Below are positions 1 to 11,121 of a DNA stretch of 64,000 bases, piece by piece (the first letter of the stretch is position 1; each line of letters opens with the position of its first letter). This stretch comes from Chiloscyllium plagiosum (lineage: Eukaryota), in NCBI RefSeq assembly GCF_004010195.1, contig NC_057718.1:50050450-50114449 (forward strand). Direction: 5' to 3'. The position numbers were made by a program, and so were the translations under genes. The notes beneath the pieces were generated by a model. That model had not been told where the DNA came from. It saw only the letters and a program-made list of their open reading frames with translations, and searched no databases.

Positions 1-320
1 CCTCATTTCCCCTCCACCCACCTTACCCCAGTTCCAACTTTCCAGCTCAGCACTGCCCTCATGACCTGTCCTACCTGCCAATCTCCCTTCCCACCTATCT
101 GCTCCACCCTTCCCTCTGACCTATCACCTCCATCCCCACCCCCATTCACCTATTGTACTCTTTGCTACCTTCTCCCCAGCCCCACCTCCCCATTTATCTC
201 TCCACCCTGGAGGCTTCCTGCCTCTATTCCTGATGAAGAGCTTTTGCCCGAAACGTCAATTTTCCTGCTCCTCGGATGCTGCCTGACCTGCTGTGCTTTT
301 CCAGTACAACTCTGATCTAA
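1..320 (+). mobile_element. Penelope-like element (PLE) terminal fragment with minimal hammerhead core
   Basis: C-rich tract, then CTGATGA(230-236)-AGAGCTTTTGCCC-GAAA(250-253)-CGTC and 'ggatgctgcctgacctgctgtgcttttccag'. The same motif recurs at 16853 and, on the minus strand, near 15480 and 48650. Confidence 0.75.
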
Positions 321-559
321 ACTTTAAGCTCAGCAGTCTCTTTCAGGTAGTTACATTTTCCCAGCTCTTATTTTAGTTTTAATGTTTCCAAGATCAATAT
401 GATGCTCAACTCTCAGATCTTCCAAGTCATAGAGTCATAGAGTCAGTCTGCTTTAATTCCAGCAAAGAGATACTTCTTTGCTGAATTGTCTAATCAGAGT
501 CAATCTGTTTGGTTTAAACTTTCAACAAAGCCTGATAGTTAATTGTCAATCATAATGAA

Positions 560-720
560 CTTGTGCCGTACCAATCAGTGTCCACTTGCCAACAAATCAG
601 CACAATCATTTATGACAGTATAAATGTTCATTCTCCCCTTAAATCAGAATTCTTGTGAATTGTCCTGATGAGTACATGATGAAAGGATTTGCTAAAATCT
701 GTCTCTTTCAGCAATAAACT
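560..720 (+). mobile_element. Degenerate PLE/pLTR-like fragment
   Basis: CCAAT and TATAAA-like motifs, then CTGATGA(665-671)...GAAA(681-684) and AATAAA; decayed. Confidence 0.4.
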
Positions 721-1029
721 AGTTTGTTGCATAGTAAAAAACTTTAATAGTTTTACAGAAATATGTCTAACTTTACCAAAACCATGATTAAACTCCTGCC
801 AAGTCCCTCAGTCTTCTTCTCCCAGATCATAATTATTAACAAGGTTCCCAATTTTAAAATTTATAATCCTAACACTGCAGGTGGGAGTGACACTGTCTTT
901 CTATTGTGACTGTTGTCTTACTGGTACACTAACAGCTCGCAAATTAATAAACTGGATTGAGTTGGAGTCTGTGATCTCCCCAAGTTACACAGTCTTTTTC
1001 AGCCGTAAAAGCTCAGTCTACTTGGTGAA

Positions 1030-1430
1030 TTACAAAGTATTTGGGGCTTCTTTAGCCTGTTGTAATAGAGCTTCTTCCAACACTTCGACAATGATGTGGT
1101 CCCATAGTAAACCATCTTTCAAAGGTGCATACTGGCAATTATCAAAGTGATCGCAGAAATCATGTATAAAAGAGTCATTATTTGCCTTTGACTTCTGGTA
1201 CTGTCTATTGAATGTTGCTCAGTCACTAATGAGTTTTTTCTAAGCTAAAAAATAAATCAGAAACCTGTGCTGTATCTTTATATTTTGCAGTCTTTTTTTT
1301 AATCTTGATCTGAGGAGAGTGACATCGGCGTTACTGCTAATCATGTACAACAATCCACAGACTTCATCTTTGCCTCAATTCCTTCAAGGCCTGAGGCAGT
1401 CAGTACCTGCTAAACTATCAGTGCCAATTT
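1030..1430 (-). pseudogene. gag: Degenerate Ty3/Gypsy gag fragment
   Basis: Minus-strand translation ATFNRQYQKSKANNDSFIHDFCDHFDNCQYAPLKDGLLWDHIIVEVLEEALL resembles the Gypsy gag pattern 'FNRRxQ..ESVDxFITDL..LAxxCxY..LxxxxIRDRIVVG'. Upstream frameshifted pieces (ASGLE, LLYMI) fit the same protein. Confidence 0.6.
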
Positions 1431-1532
1431 ATCAAATACATAATCTGCTCAGTGCCCTCCATGTGTTCTACAAGTTATCTTAAAGTCAAAGCTTTTTCCA
1501 TAATTAGGTGTATTTGATATGTGGGTTATATT

Positions 1533-1740
1533 CAGCACAGTCTCCCAGCCTCAGCCCAGTCTCCCATCCTCAGCACAGACTCCCAGCCTCAGCACAGACC
1601 CCCGGCCTCAGCACAGACTCCTGGCCTCAGAACTCCCAGCCTCAGCACAGACTCCTGACCTCAATGCGATGTCCAGCCTCAGCGTGATCTCCGACTTCAG
1701 TGTGATCTCTGGCCTCAGTGTGGACTTCGACCTCAACTTG
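1533..1740 (+). repeat. Degenerate ~18-bp tandem repeat (CAGCCTCAGCACAGACTC-like)
   Basis: About ten recognisable units of cctcagcacagact/cctcagtgtgatct. They lie within an insert that ends near 2115 in a Rex1-like 3' end (gtacatgtggcaataaatctaattc). Confidence 0.7.
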
Positions 1741-2299
1741 CACCCTCTGCCTCGAGGTGAATCCAGATGCCCTTCTGGCATTTCAGGCCTTGAGAGCATG
1801 AAAGTGAATTTTGGCACAGACTGAAGGTGACGTCCAGTGCAGTCTGGAAGCTAGGCTTCAGTGTAGACTGGGATGGAAGGACTGTTCTTCAGAAGTTGTT
1901 TTTTTTTATTTTTCTCATTTATTCCAATGATTTTGTGCTTTTGTACCTAAGATGCATGAAAGTCTGCTGGATATTTTACTTTGTTATTTTTCTAAATGAT
2001 TTGCCTTAACATTTGTATTTAAGACTCTTACATTTGTACCTAAGATGGCATCATAAATGGCGGCTTGAAAACTGTTCACTGTTCTGATGAGAGTACATGT
2101 GGCAATAAATCTAATTCTCATTGAAATCCCAGTTCTAATCTTGATCTTGAATTCCTCCACCCATAGTACTATACTGCAGCTGAGTCACTCCCACTTAGGT
2201 TGAAATGTTAGCTGGCTTTGTTTTGTACTCGTAACACCATACTACTGCTGGATTTTACATCTGGTACTCCTGCCATTTTCTTCTGGTTCTGCAGGTCTC

Positions 2300-2480
2300 A
2301 TCACAGTTGCCACCGTGCAATAAAATCAGGCATACAGTCTAGAAAGTGAACATTAATATGCTTTATTAAATGTAACTTTACACACGGGATGATAAAGCAG
2401 GACATCTCTTGAACCATATAGATACAATCCATGTGATCAGACATTGCTATGACATATTTCCATATGCACATACACTGTAA
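2300..2480 (-). mobile_element. Possible LTR + PBS of the Gypsy remnant
   Basis: On the minus strand an AATAAA-containing segment is followed by GGTGGCAACTG (degenerate PBS-like) and an ATG, upstream of the gag remnant. Confidence 0.3.
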
Positions 2481-3149
2481 GTATCATAGAATCCCTACAG
2501 TATGGAAACAGGTCCTTCGGCCCAGCAGGACTTAGAGGAAAGATATAGTTAACCCTTTAATTACAACTTCCTCCAAGTTGACCATCTTGATCCTGTAACC
2601 TTCTCCAGCTCTCCACCCTCCTCTGATGTCTGTACTCCTCTAATTCTCGCCTTGGCTGAATATCCTTTGGACCCTCCATTGACATACATATTTCTAGTGT
2701 CCTGGACACAAAGCTTTTTGATTCCCTCACTAAATCTTTTCACTATGCTCCCTCTATGCTATCTTGTATGGTTTGCTCTAAAATCTATTTGTGCGATCAA
2801 GCTTCTTACTCCCTTCAAGATCTTTTCCTGCAGCTCAAACATTTTGTTTCTGATGATGTTGTTATGAAAGATCTTGTTATATTTTACTGCATTAAAAGAA
2901 CTTTATAAGCGCATGTTCTAATTTTAAGAAGAGAGTTCAATCCAGGTGGACCAGAGCACATGCCAAGATTAATTCTCACACTCTTCATTTAAGTGCACTG
3001 AGAAGCAAGCCTACTAAGCTGACCTATGGCAAAAGATAATGTCAAACCATTATTTCCACAATGCCAGGATAGTTTTCTACATTAATAACCAATTGTATTA
3101 TGTGAAAGACCATTACTAGGTTATCCCCACATTCTTTCCTTCTGACACT

Positions 3150-3610
3150 GTTCACTTTACTGATAGTTATAACTTTTCAGTTTTTCAACCCTGTGAAGGC
3201 TTTGCACCTTTACCAATATTTGTATATCCTTTTATATGGAATCCAGAATTGTGCACATAATATTAGGTGTGCTCTGAACAAAGCTCTTTGCAATTTTAAT
3301 ATAATTACTCTGCTTTTCAATGCTTTGTATTCAGAAATGAATCCCTATGTTTGATTATTTTTAATAGTCTTGATGACCTGTTTGCAATTTTAAGTGGTTT
3401 ATTTACTTGTACTCATGATCATTTTCCCCATTTAAATGATTATTAATTAATTGTTATGTAGCTTCTTTCTTTTTCCTACCAAAATGGAAATGTCAAATAT
3501 AGGAGCAGGAATAGACCATTCAGCCCTTTGAGCCTGCTCTACCATTCAATATGATTATGGATGATCACCCAACTCAGCACCCTGTTCCCACGTTCTCCCC
3601 AGACCCTTTG
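3150..3610 (-). mobile_element. Old CR1 fragments, including a 3' end (3498-3610)
   Basis: 'ccagaattgtgcacataata' and 'ataggagcaggaatagaccattcagccctttgagcctgctc' match CR1 segments seen elsewhere in the window (e.g. 26713). Confidence 0.55.
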
Positions 3611-4339
3611 AGGAGGAGTGCAGAAGTGAACACCTCTTTAAAAATACATCATTTTACAGAGTTTTTTTAAACTTCTTCATGTTGCATTTGTTATAACTCT
3701 TTGAAAGATTGTACAACAATATACAATATTCTTCACAGACAACAAATATGGAAGATGCTGTCTTCAAAATGATGTTTCTTTTTATTACATCATCTAGCAT
3801 ATGTTATTCCACCTGATACACTGCAAGTTTTTTTATGTTCTAAATGTTAGATTTTGTTAATCAGCAAGTAGCTATAATGGCGTAGAGTTTTGGATTTGCT
3901 TACAATTATTTATTTGGACACAAAGCGTGCTCATAGTTATGCTGATTTTGTGGAGATATTAAAATTGTACATATGGGTCCTTTTTTTCCCCAAATAATTA
4001 AGAACAGCAGTCACAGGGTAGATCCTCACGGAATCCCATTTTCCATCTCGAGTCATTACCTTTAACCCCCGATTATATTGTTAGGGTATTAATTATTCTG
4101 CTAACTGTCCTGTGACTCCACATGTTAATCATAAGCTTACCACATGGTGCTTTTGAAAATCCAAATATACAACATACACCACATCTTCTTGTGCTCAAAT
4201 ACATAAAGTGCAGTTATGCATTTTGTATGAGGTGCAACATGTGGACTGCAGATTTCAAGAAAACAGTAAAAAGAAATGAACAAACGTAATTGTTTCTTAC
4301 ACCAAGGCTACATTTGACTGAGTGTAGCCAAGCTGTAGT

Positions 4340-5400
4340 TAATAGGAATCAGGAGAAAGAAACCTGTGCTGTTTAGAATCATAGCTGGCATATAGGAAGA
4401 TGATTACAGCTGTTAGAAGTTGGTCATCTCAGCTCCAGAACTCTGCAAGATTGCTCAGGGTAGTGAACTAGAACCAACCATCTTCAGCTGTTTCATCAAT
4501 GACCTTCCCTCCATCAAAGGTTAGAATTATGGATGTTTGCTGAAGATTGCACAATGTTCAGCACAATTTGCAACTCCTCGGGAAATGAAGTTGTCCAAGT
4601 CCAATGCATCAAGGCTTGGACAATATCCAAAATTGGATTGAAAAGTGGCAAGTAACATTTGCACCCCACAAATGCCAGGCAATGACCATTTCCAACAAGA
4701 GGCAATTTAACTATCACCCCTTGACATTCAATGGCATTACCATCACTCAGTCCCTCATTATCATCATCCTGGGGGTTACCATTGACCAGAAACTGAACTG
4801 GGCTCCCCATATAAATACAGTGGCTACAAGAGTAACTCAGAGGCTAAGAATACCTCCTAACTCCCCAAAGCCTGTCCAGCATGGCACAAGGCACATATCA
4901 GGACTGAAATGGAATACTCCCCAATTGACAAGATGAATTCAACTTTGAGAACATTCAGGACACTATCCAGGACAATGCAGCCTACTTGATTGTCAGCACA
5001 TCTAAAAACATCCATGTCGTCCATTACCAATGCTTAGTGGCAGCAGTGTGTTTTATCTGTAAAATGCAGTTATCTAGAAATTCAGCAAAGATCCTTAGAT
5101 AGCACCTTTCAAATCCATGACCACTGCCAGCTAAACTGTCAAGAACAGCAGATACATGAGAACAATACTACCTTCAAGCCACTTACCATCCTGACTTGGA
5201 AATCTATCGCAATTCTTCTGTGTCATTGATAGTATCTGCAACCCCCTTGCTATGGCATTGTGGGTCTAACTACAGCACATGGACTAGAGCAGTTCAAGAA
5301 GATAGTTCACCACCATATTCTCTTGGACACCTCAGGACGGGTAGTAACTACTGGTCCAGACAGCTACACACATGTCTCACAAGTGAATTAAAAAAATTAA
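4340..5400 (+). mobile_element. 3' part of a degenerate non-LTR retrotransposon (CR1/Jockey-superclade RT)
   Basis: RT motifs FINDLPS, MFAEDCTMF and LDNIQNWIEKWQVTFAPHKCQAM (ORF 4604-4936). Same family as 49160-49650, 50240-50740 and 52070-54920. Confidence 0.8.
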
Positions 5401-6071
5401 AAGTGTAATTGTCCACTTTTAAAATTGTTTTCTTAAATGAAATCACAGTTTTAAAACTTGTAATCATAATGAGTAAGACAGATTCCTCACCTATATATAT
5501 GCAACTGTAAAATTTCTTTGAAATAACCGGTATCCATCAACATCATGTCACAATTTAAAAACCTGTTCGGTTATCTTGAAAAAGAACTGATAAAAAGAGA
5601 GCACAAGCTTCCCATGCATTAATGCATGCATGAGAAAGCTTTCCATTCTTATTGTTTCTTTCTTAAGTTTGAAACTGATGTTGAGTTTCCTCTTTGTTCT
5701 GTCTGCAATATTCAGGGTTTTGAAAGCCAAAACTCTGTGTAGACAAGATCTGATTATCTGTAAGATTAGATATTAATAAACAGCATTCTTAGCAGACAAT
5801 AAATACAGCAAAATACTGTGTTCAAAGTGTTGCTTCTTTTTATCATGTCGTCAGTCATTTATTAAGCCTGCCTTGTTATAACATTGAAATCTTGTTAGGT
5901 TTTAAATACTGAATCTGTCTCACTCAGCAAATGGGTGAAGTTGTATTCAGGTAGAGTTTCAGCTTTGGTTGCAATTATAAATCTGAATCCAAACTGTGCT
6001 CAACACAATGTTAACCAGTTGAATTAATGTTTTTCCTCAAATTTGCCTTCAATGTCATCTGCCATCACAAT

Positions 6072-6960
6072 TAGAGTCATAGAGATGTACAACATGGAAA
6101 CAGACCCTTCGGTCCAACTCGTCCATGCCAACCAGATATCCCAACCCAATCTAGTCCCACCTGCCAGTACTCTGCTTATATCCCCCCAAACCCCTCTTAT
6201 TCATAGACCTTTTAAATTTTGCAATTGTACTAGCTTCCGCCACTTCCTCTGGCAGCCCGTTCCACACGTGCACCACCCTCTACATGAAAAGTTGCCCCTT
6301 AGGTCTCTTTTATATCTTTGCCCTCTCACCCTAAGTCTATGCCCTCTAGTTCTGGACTTCCCCACCCCAGGGAAAGACCTTGTCTATTTACCCTATCCAT
6401 GCCCCTCATGACTCTGTAAACCTCTATAATGTTACCCCTCAGCCTCTGACACCCCAGGAAAAACAGCCCTAGCCTTTTCAACCTCTCCCTATAGCTCAAA
6501 TCCTCCAACCCTGGCAACATCCTTGTAAATCTTATCTGTACCCTTTCAAGTTTCACAACATCTTTCCGATAGGAAGGAGACCAGAATTGCACGCAACATT
6601 CCAACAGTGGCCTAACCAATGTCCTGTACAGCCACAACATGACCTCCCAACTCCTGTACTCAATACTCTGACCAATAAAGGAAAGCATACCAAATGCCTT
6701 CTTCACTATCCTACCTACCTGTGACTCTACTTTCAAGAAACTATGAACCTGCACTTCAAGGTCTCTTTGTTCAGCAACACTCCCTAGGACCTTACCATTA
6801 AGTGTAAAGGTCCTGCTAAGATTTGCTTTCACAAAATGCAGCACCTTGCATTTATCTAAATTAAACTCCATCTGCCACTCCTCAGCCCATTGGATCAAGA
6901 TCCCATTGTAATCTGAGGTAACTTTCTTCGCTGTCCACTACACCTCCAATTTTGGTGTCC
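6072..6960 (-). mobile_element. CR1 LINE (HER1-like) 3' fragment
   Basis: ORF 6326-6898 WAEEWQMEFNLDKCKVLHF...YRTLVRPLLECCVQFWSP; (CTATGACT)n-type tail. Confidence 0.95.
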
Positions 6961-7095
6961 AAAGTTAAAAATCACGCAACGCCAGGTTATAGTCCAACAG
7001 GTTTAATTGGAAGCACTAGCTTTCGGAGCACTGCTCCTTTATCAGGTGGTTGTGGAGGACATAATTGTAAGACACAGAATTTATAGCAAATTCTA
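6961..7095 (-). mobile_element. Short PLE-derived element (aaagttaaaaatcacacaacacc family)
   Basis: Matches the copies at 18551, 37520, 45330 and 59940; hammerhead core slightly mutated (CTGATAA). Confidence 0.8.
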
Positions 7096-7164
7096 TAAAT
7101 GCCCTGGTCACACCATGTGCACTAATCTTCTGAAGGTGGCATAGCAGCTGAGTGACCTCTGGTC

Positions 7165-7410
7165 TTAGACTCTGTCATGTTGGGAAAGTCCTCTCAGCAT
7201 TTACCCTGTCAAGCCCTTCAGAATACTTTATGTTTCAATGGGATCACCTCTCATTCTTCTAACTTCCAATGAGTACAATCCCAATTAGTTTAACCATTGC
7301 TCATTACAATAATCTATCTGTATTGGGATCATCCTGGTGAACCTTATATGAACTGCCTCTAATGAAATGATATCTTTCTTGAAATAAGGGGACCAACTTT
7401 GCTTACAGTC
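7165..7410 (-). mobile_element. Old CR1 fragment
   Basis: 'tttaccctgtcaagccccttcag...atcacctctcattcttctaac...ggggaccaac' is a CR1 ORF2 C-terminal segment. Confidence 0.65.
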
Positions 7411-8176
7411 CATATTATACTTATATGACAGGTGATGAAGCAAAGTTCCCCTCATCCCACAGCATCATTGATAGATTCACAAGTTATGGGATGCTTTTCG
7501 CCAGCATTCACCTCCTTTTATGTTTTCTCACCTAACATCTGCATTACTGACATGCCATGTTAGATTCGCAAACACCTTTAGCATACCGCAATTCATCTTT
7601 GATCAGTATTTGAATCCTAAACATGCTTACTCTGCACGCATTGCAAAGAAGCAAAGACATGACTGCAATTCAAGTCAGAGAGTTGCACAGCACGGAAACA
7701 AATGTTGCTGGAGTTTGCAAGCCCATGTTTCATGTACTTGTCCCTTCAATATCCTAGCATCAGCAGACATGGCTCCCACACTTTTGCTCATCCAACTGAC
7801 ACTGATCCCTCTCACCCTGGGCATTGTCTCAATCTTTTTCCAGATGCATTTCATATCTAGAGAACAGCAAGTGATGGCCAGACCCACAAGCCATGAAGGA
7901 TTATGTCGGGACCAAGCTCCATCAATTACCAACCTCCCACAATCACCCCCCCACACACACACACACAAAAGCCTTGATGTCCCTTTTTTATCCCACATTT
8001 CCCTGAATGCCCATTTCTACCCATCACAACCCATGTGGAGACACATTGCATTGATCTTCGCTTCCCTTGCCCTTCTTATCCCATGAATCTTGAGATTGCA
8101 CCTTAATGGTGCCCACCCTGCCCCTTTATGAGTGCCCTGGAGAGACCAATGTTGTAAAGTGAAAGGTGAACTCTGA

Positions 8177-8954
8177 GTTATAGAGTCATAGAATCATAGA
8201 GATGTACAGCATGGAAACAGACCCTTCGGTCCAACCCGTCCATGCTGACCAGATATCCCAACCCAATCTAGTCCCACCTACCAGCACCCGGCCCATATCC
8301 CTCCAAACCCTTCCTATTCATATACCCATCCAAATGCCTCTTAAATGTTGCAATTGTACCAGCCTCCACCACATCCTCTGGCAGCTCATTCCATACACGT
8401 ACCACCATCTGTGTGAAAACGTTGCCTCTTATGTCTCTTTTATATCTTTCCCCTCTCACCCTAAACCTATGCCCTCTAGTTCTGGACTCCCCAACCCCAG
8501 CGAAAAGACTTTGCCTATTTATCCTATCCATGCCCCTCATAATTTTGTAAACCTCTATAAGGTTACCCCTCAGCCTCCGATGCTCCAGGGAAAACAGCCC
8601 CAGCCTGTTCAGCCTCTCCCTGTAGCTCAGATCCTCCAACCCTGGCAACATCCTTGTAAATCTTTTCTGAACCCTTTCAAGTTTCACAACATCTTTCCGA
8701 TAGGAAGGAGACCAGAATTGCATGCAATATTCCAACAGTGGCCTAACCAATGTCCTGTACAGACGCAACATGACCTCCCAATTCCTATACTCAATACTCT
8801 GACCAATAAAGAAAGCATACCAAATGCCTTCTTCACTATCCTATCTACCTGTGACTCCACTTTCAAGGAGCTATGAACCTGCACTCCAAGGTCTCTTTGA
8901 TCAGCAACACTCCCTAGGACCTTACCATTAAGTGTATAAGTCCTGCTAAGATTT
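8177..8954 (-). mobile_element. CR1 LINE (HER1-like) 3' fragment, relatively young
   Basis: ORF 8268-8771 LYRTLVRPLLEYCMQFWSP...WNELPEDVVEAGTIATFKRHLD; 8-bp repeat tail. Confidence 0.95.
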
Positions 8955-9327
8955 GGATGTTAACTCTGATTTTGCTCTGCAGATGCCACTAGACTGCCCC
9001 AGGAATGACAGCTGACCCTAAGGGAAGCAGATATTGTGGAAGCCCAACGGAGCCGACTTCAATACCCCCTGACGAACCCACAGTCATGACCGGGCCCAGG
9101 ACCCCAGTGGGAGCATTCACTTACCTTCCGGAGTAGGAGACTTCCATCACCAACACCTGGGATTGACTAGAAGCAAGCTCCTAACCAGGGAATGTGGGAG
9201 ACACACAGGCCTGCAGGTGAGAGTGAAACAACGTGGTTTCAATATACGCCCTGTCCAACATTCTGCTGGCAAATGTCCAAGCCGCTGAGAACAAAATGCA
9301 TAAACTTAAAGTTAGAGTTGGGGGATC

Positions 9328-9338
9328 CAAGATGGCGG
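9328..9338 (+). promoter_or_regulatory. YY1-type motif at the L1 5' end
   Basis: CAAGATGGCGG a few nt from the element start, as in the 5'UTR of mammalian L1. Confidence 0.6.
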
Positions 9339-9490
9339 CGATCCAGCAAGTCTGAGTCTACAGTGCTCCTCCCAAGACTTGGGCAAAGTGGGCCACCCAC
9401 CCCCACCACACTCACCAAATCATTTAAAATAGCTGTTTAATTTAATTAGTTGCTTAGTATTAAATTTAAACAATCTAATCTTTAGTAAAA

Positions 9491-10355
9491 ATGACTAAAG
9501 GGAAGGGAGCCCACAGCTCTCAGCAAGCAGGGACCCACCCCCCCCCCACCCCCCCCACCCTCTCCAGCTGCAGCAGAGGCGTCCGCAGCCGCTTCGGGGG
9601 ACTTACCTACAGTGGCGAGCCTCGTGGAAATCATCTCCAAACTGGATGCGAAGATTGCACTTTCATTGAAGAATCCCGAAGTCGATGGGACTCACTCTCG
9701 GCCGTGCTGCAAAAGCACGACCAAGACATTAAAGAAATCGAGCGCCGAGTTGGCGGAGCTAAAAGCCGCGACCTCTGAAACTTCAGCGCAATCGGCCGTC
9801 GATCAGGTCCGGACTCTCGAACAGCGAGTCGGGACCTTAGAGAATCATATTGATGACCTCGATAATCGAGGTCGCCGACAAAATATTCGTTTGCTGGGCC
9901 TTCCCGAACGGGAAGAGGAAGGCCAGCTTACAGTGTTTCTTGAGCAGTGGCTGCCACAGCTTTTAAATCTGGAGGCTGGATCAGGCCAGGTAAGGGTAGA
10001 ATGGGCCTACCGGGTCGCAATACGTGGCCCCGGCTCAAACCAGTGGCCCCGCCCGGTCCTGTTCCGGCTGCAGAGCTATAGGGAGAGGCAGATACTCCTC
10101 GAAGCCTCTAGAAATCTTGGAAAAATTTCCCAAGCCATGATCTATAAAGGATCCAAGATCATGTTATTCCAGGACTTTTCCCCGGCTCTGGTCTGAAAGA
10201 GGAAGACATTCGATGAGGCGAAGAATTGTTTAAGGGACTTAAATATTCAGTACTCCTTACGCTACCCAGCGATGCTACGCTTTAACCATGAAGGATCCAT
10301 GTATAACTTTGGATCGCCAGAAAAGGCTAAGGAATGTTTTGACTCTCTAAGATAA
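9491..10355 (+). pseudogene. L1 ORF1p (coiled coil + RRM + CTD), frameshifted, with internal stop
   Basis: LENHIDDLDNRGRRQNIRLLGLPE...PRPVLFRL...IMLFQDFS. Continues past the TGA at 10194-10196 (KRKTFDEAK...YSLRYPAMLRF) to TAA at 10355. Confidence 0.9.
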
Positions 10356-10535
10356 ATTGTAAGAGACAATGGATGTTGGTTTGTCTTTCCCCGACTCCGG
10401 TTTATATCCCCCCCCCTTTTTCTTTTTTCTTACCTTACTGTTTAATATTATCTTGGGGGGTGGGGAGAGGGATTTATTTATTTGTTCTCTATTTAACGAT
10501 TTTCTCCCCCCCTTGGAGTTTTTTTTTATTATTCT

Positions 10536-10594
10536 ATGTATGTGTGTATGTATATATATGTGTGTGTGTATATATATATATATGTATATATATA
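10536..10594. repeat. (TA)n/(TG)n microsatellite in the L1 inter-ORF spacer
   Basis: tgtatgtgtgtatgtatatatatgtgtgtgtgtatatatatata... Confidence 0.9.
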
Positions 10595-11121
10595 AGCCGG
10601 GGGGGTTTAGTTAATGTTGGTGGGGGGAGGTGGTTACCTTATTCTATTTTACCTCTGTCTCTAGGAGCGGGGTTGTTTTCCCTTGCTATTTTGTATCATT
10701 ATATTTAATTATTATTTGTTGAGGTTGTAATTTTATAGTTTCATAGTTATATATGTTTATACATGGTATTAATATTACCAAATACATCCAGGTGTGGGTG
10801 GGGATTGGGGTAGGGGTAGGGTGCTCATTGTTAACTCTAGCTTTGTATTATATCTGAATTCTCCTCATCCTTTGAGGATCGCCTGGGTCAAGGGTGGGGC
10901 ATTGGTTGGGAGCGAATAGGATGGACCTTTGGAAAGGAAGTGATACCCCCTGGGAACAAGGGGGAAAATGTCCATTTAAATACGTTTTATATTTTTTTTA
11001 TTATTTAGAAATAGTTTTTTATTATACTCTTGTGAATGTATTAGAGAGCCTTTTATACTCTATGTTCGGGATGTTTTGGATAGGGTTTCCCCTCCCGAGG
11101 GGTCTTGGATTTTGGATGATT

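Noticed and set aside
1533..1740. CRISPR-like appearance of regularly spaced repeats
   Set aside because: Contiguous degenerate tandem units with no unique spacers, in a vertebrate genome.
7520..8086. 188-aa ORF
   Set aside because: No recognisable protein motif and it runs through a (CA)n tract; probably decayed transposon DNA.
8202..8876. 224-aa plus-strand ORF (and similar ones at 6043, 23639, 46778)
   Set aside because: Antisense frames of CR1 ORF2 that recur in every copy; not host genes.
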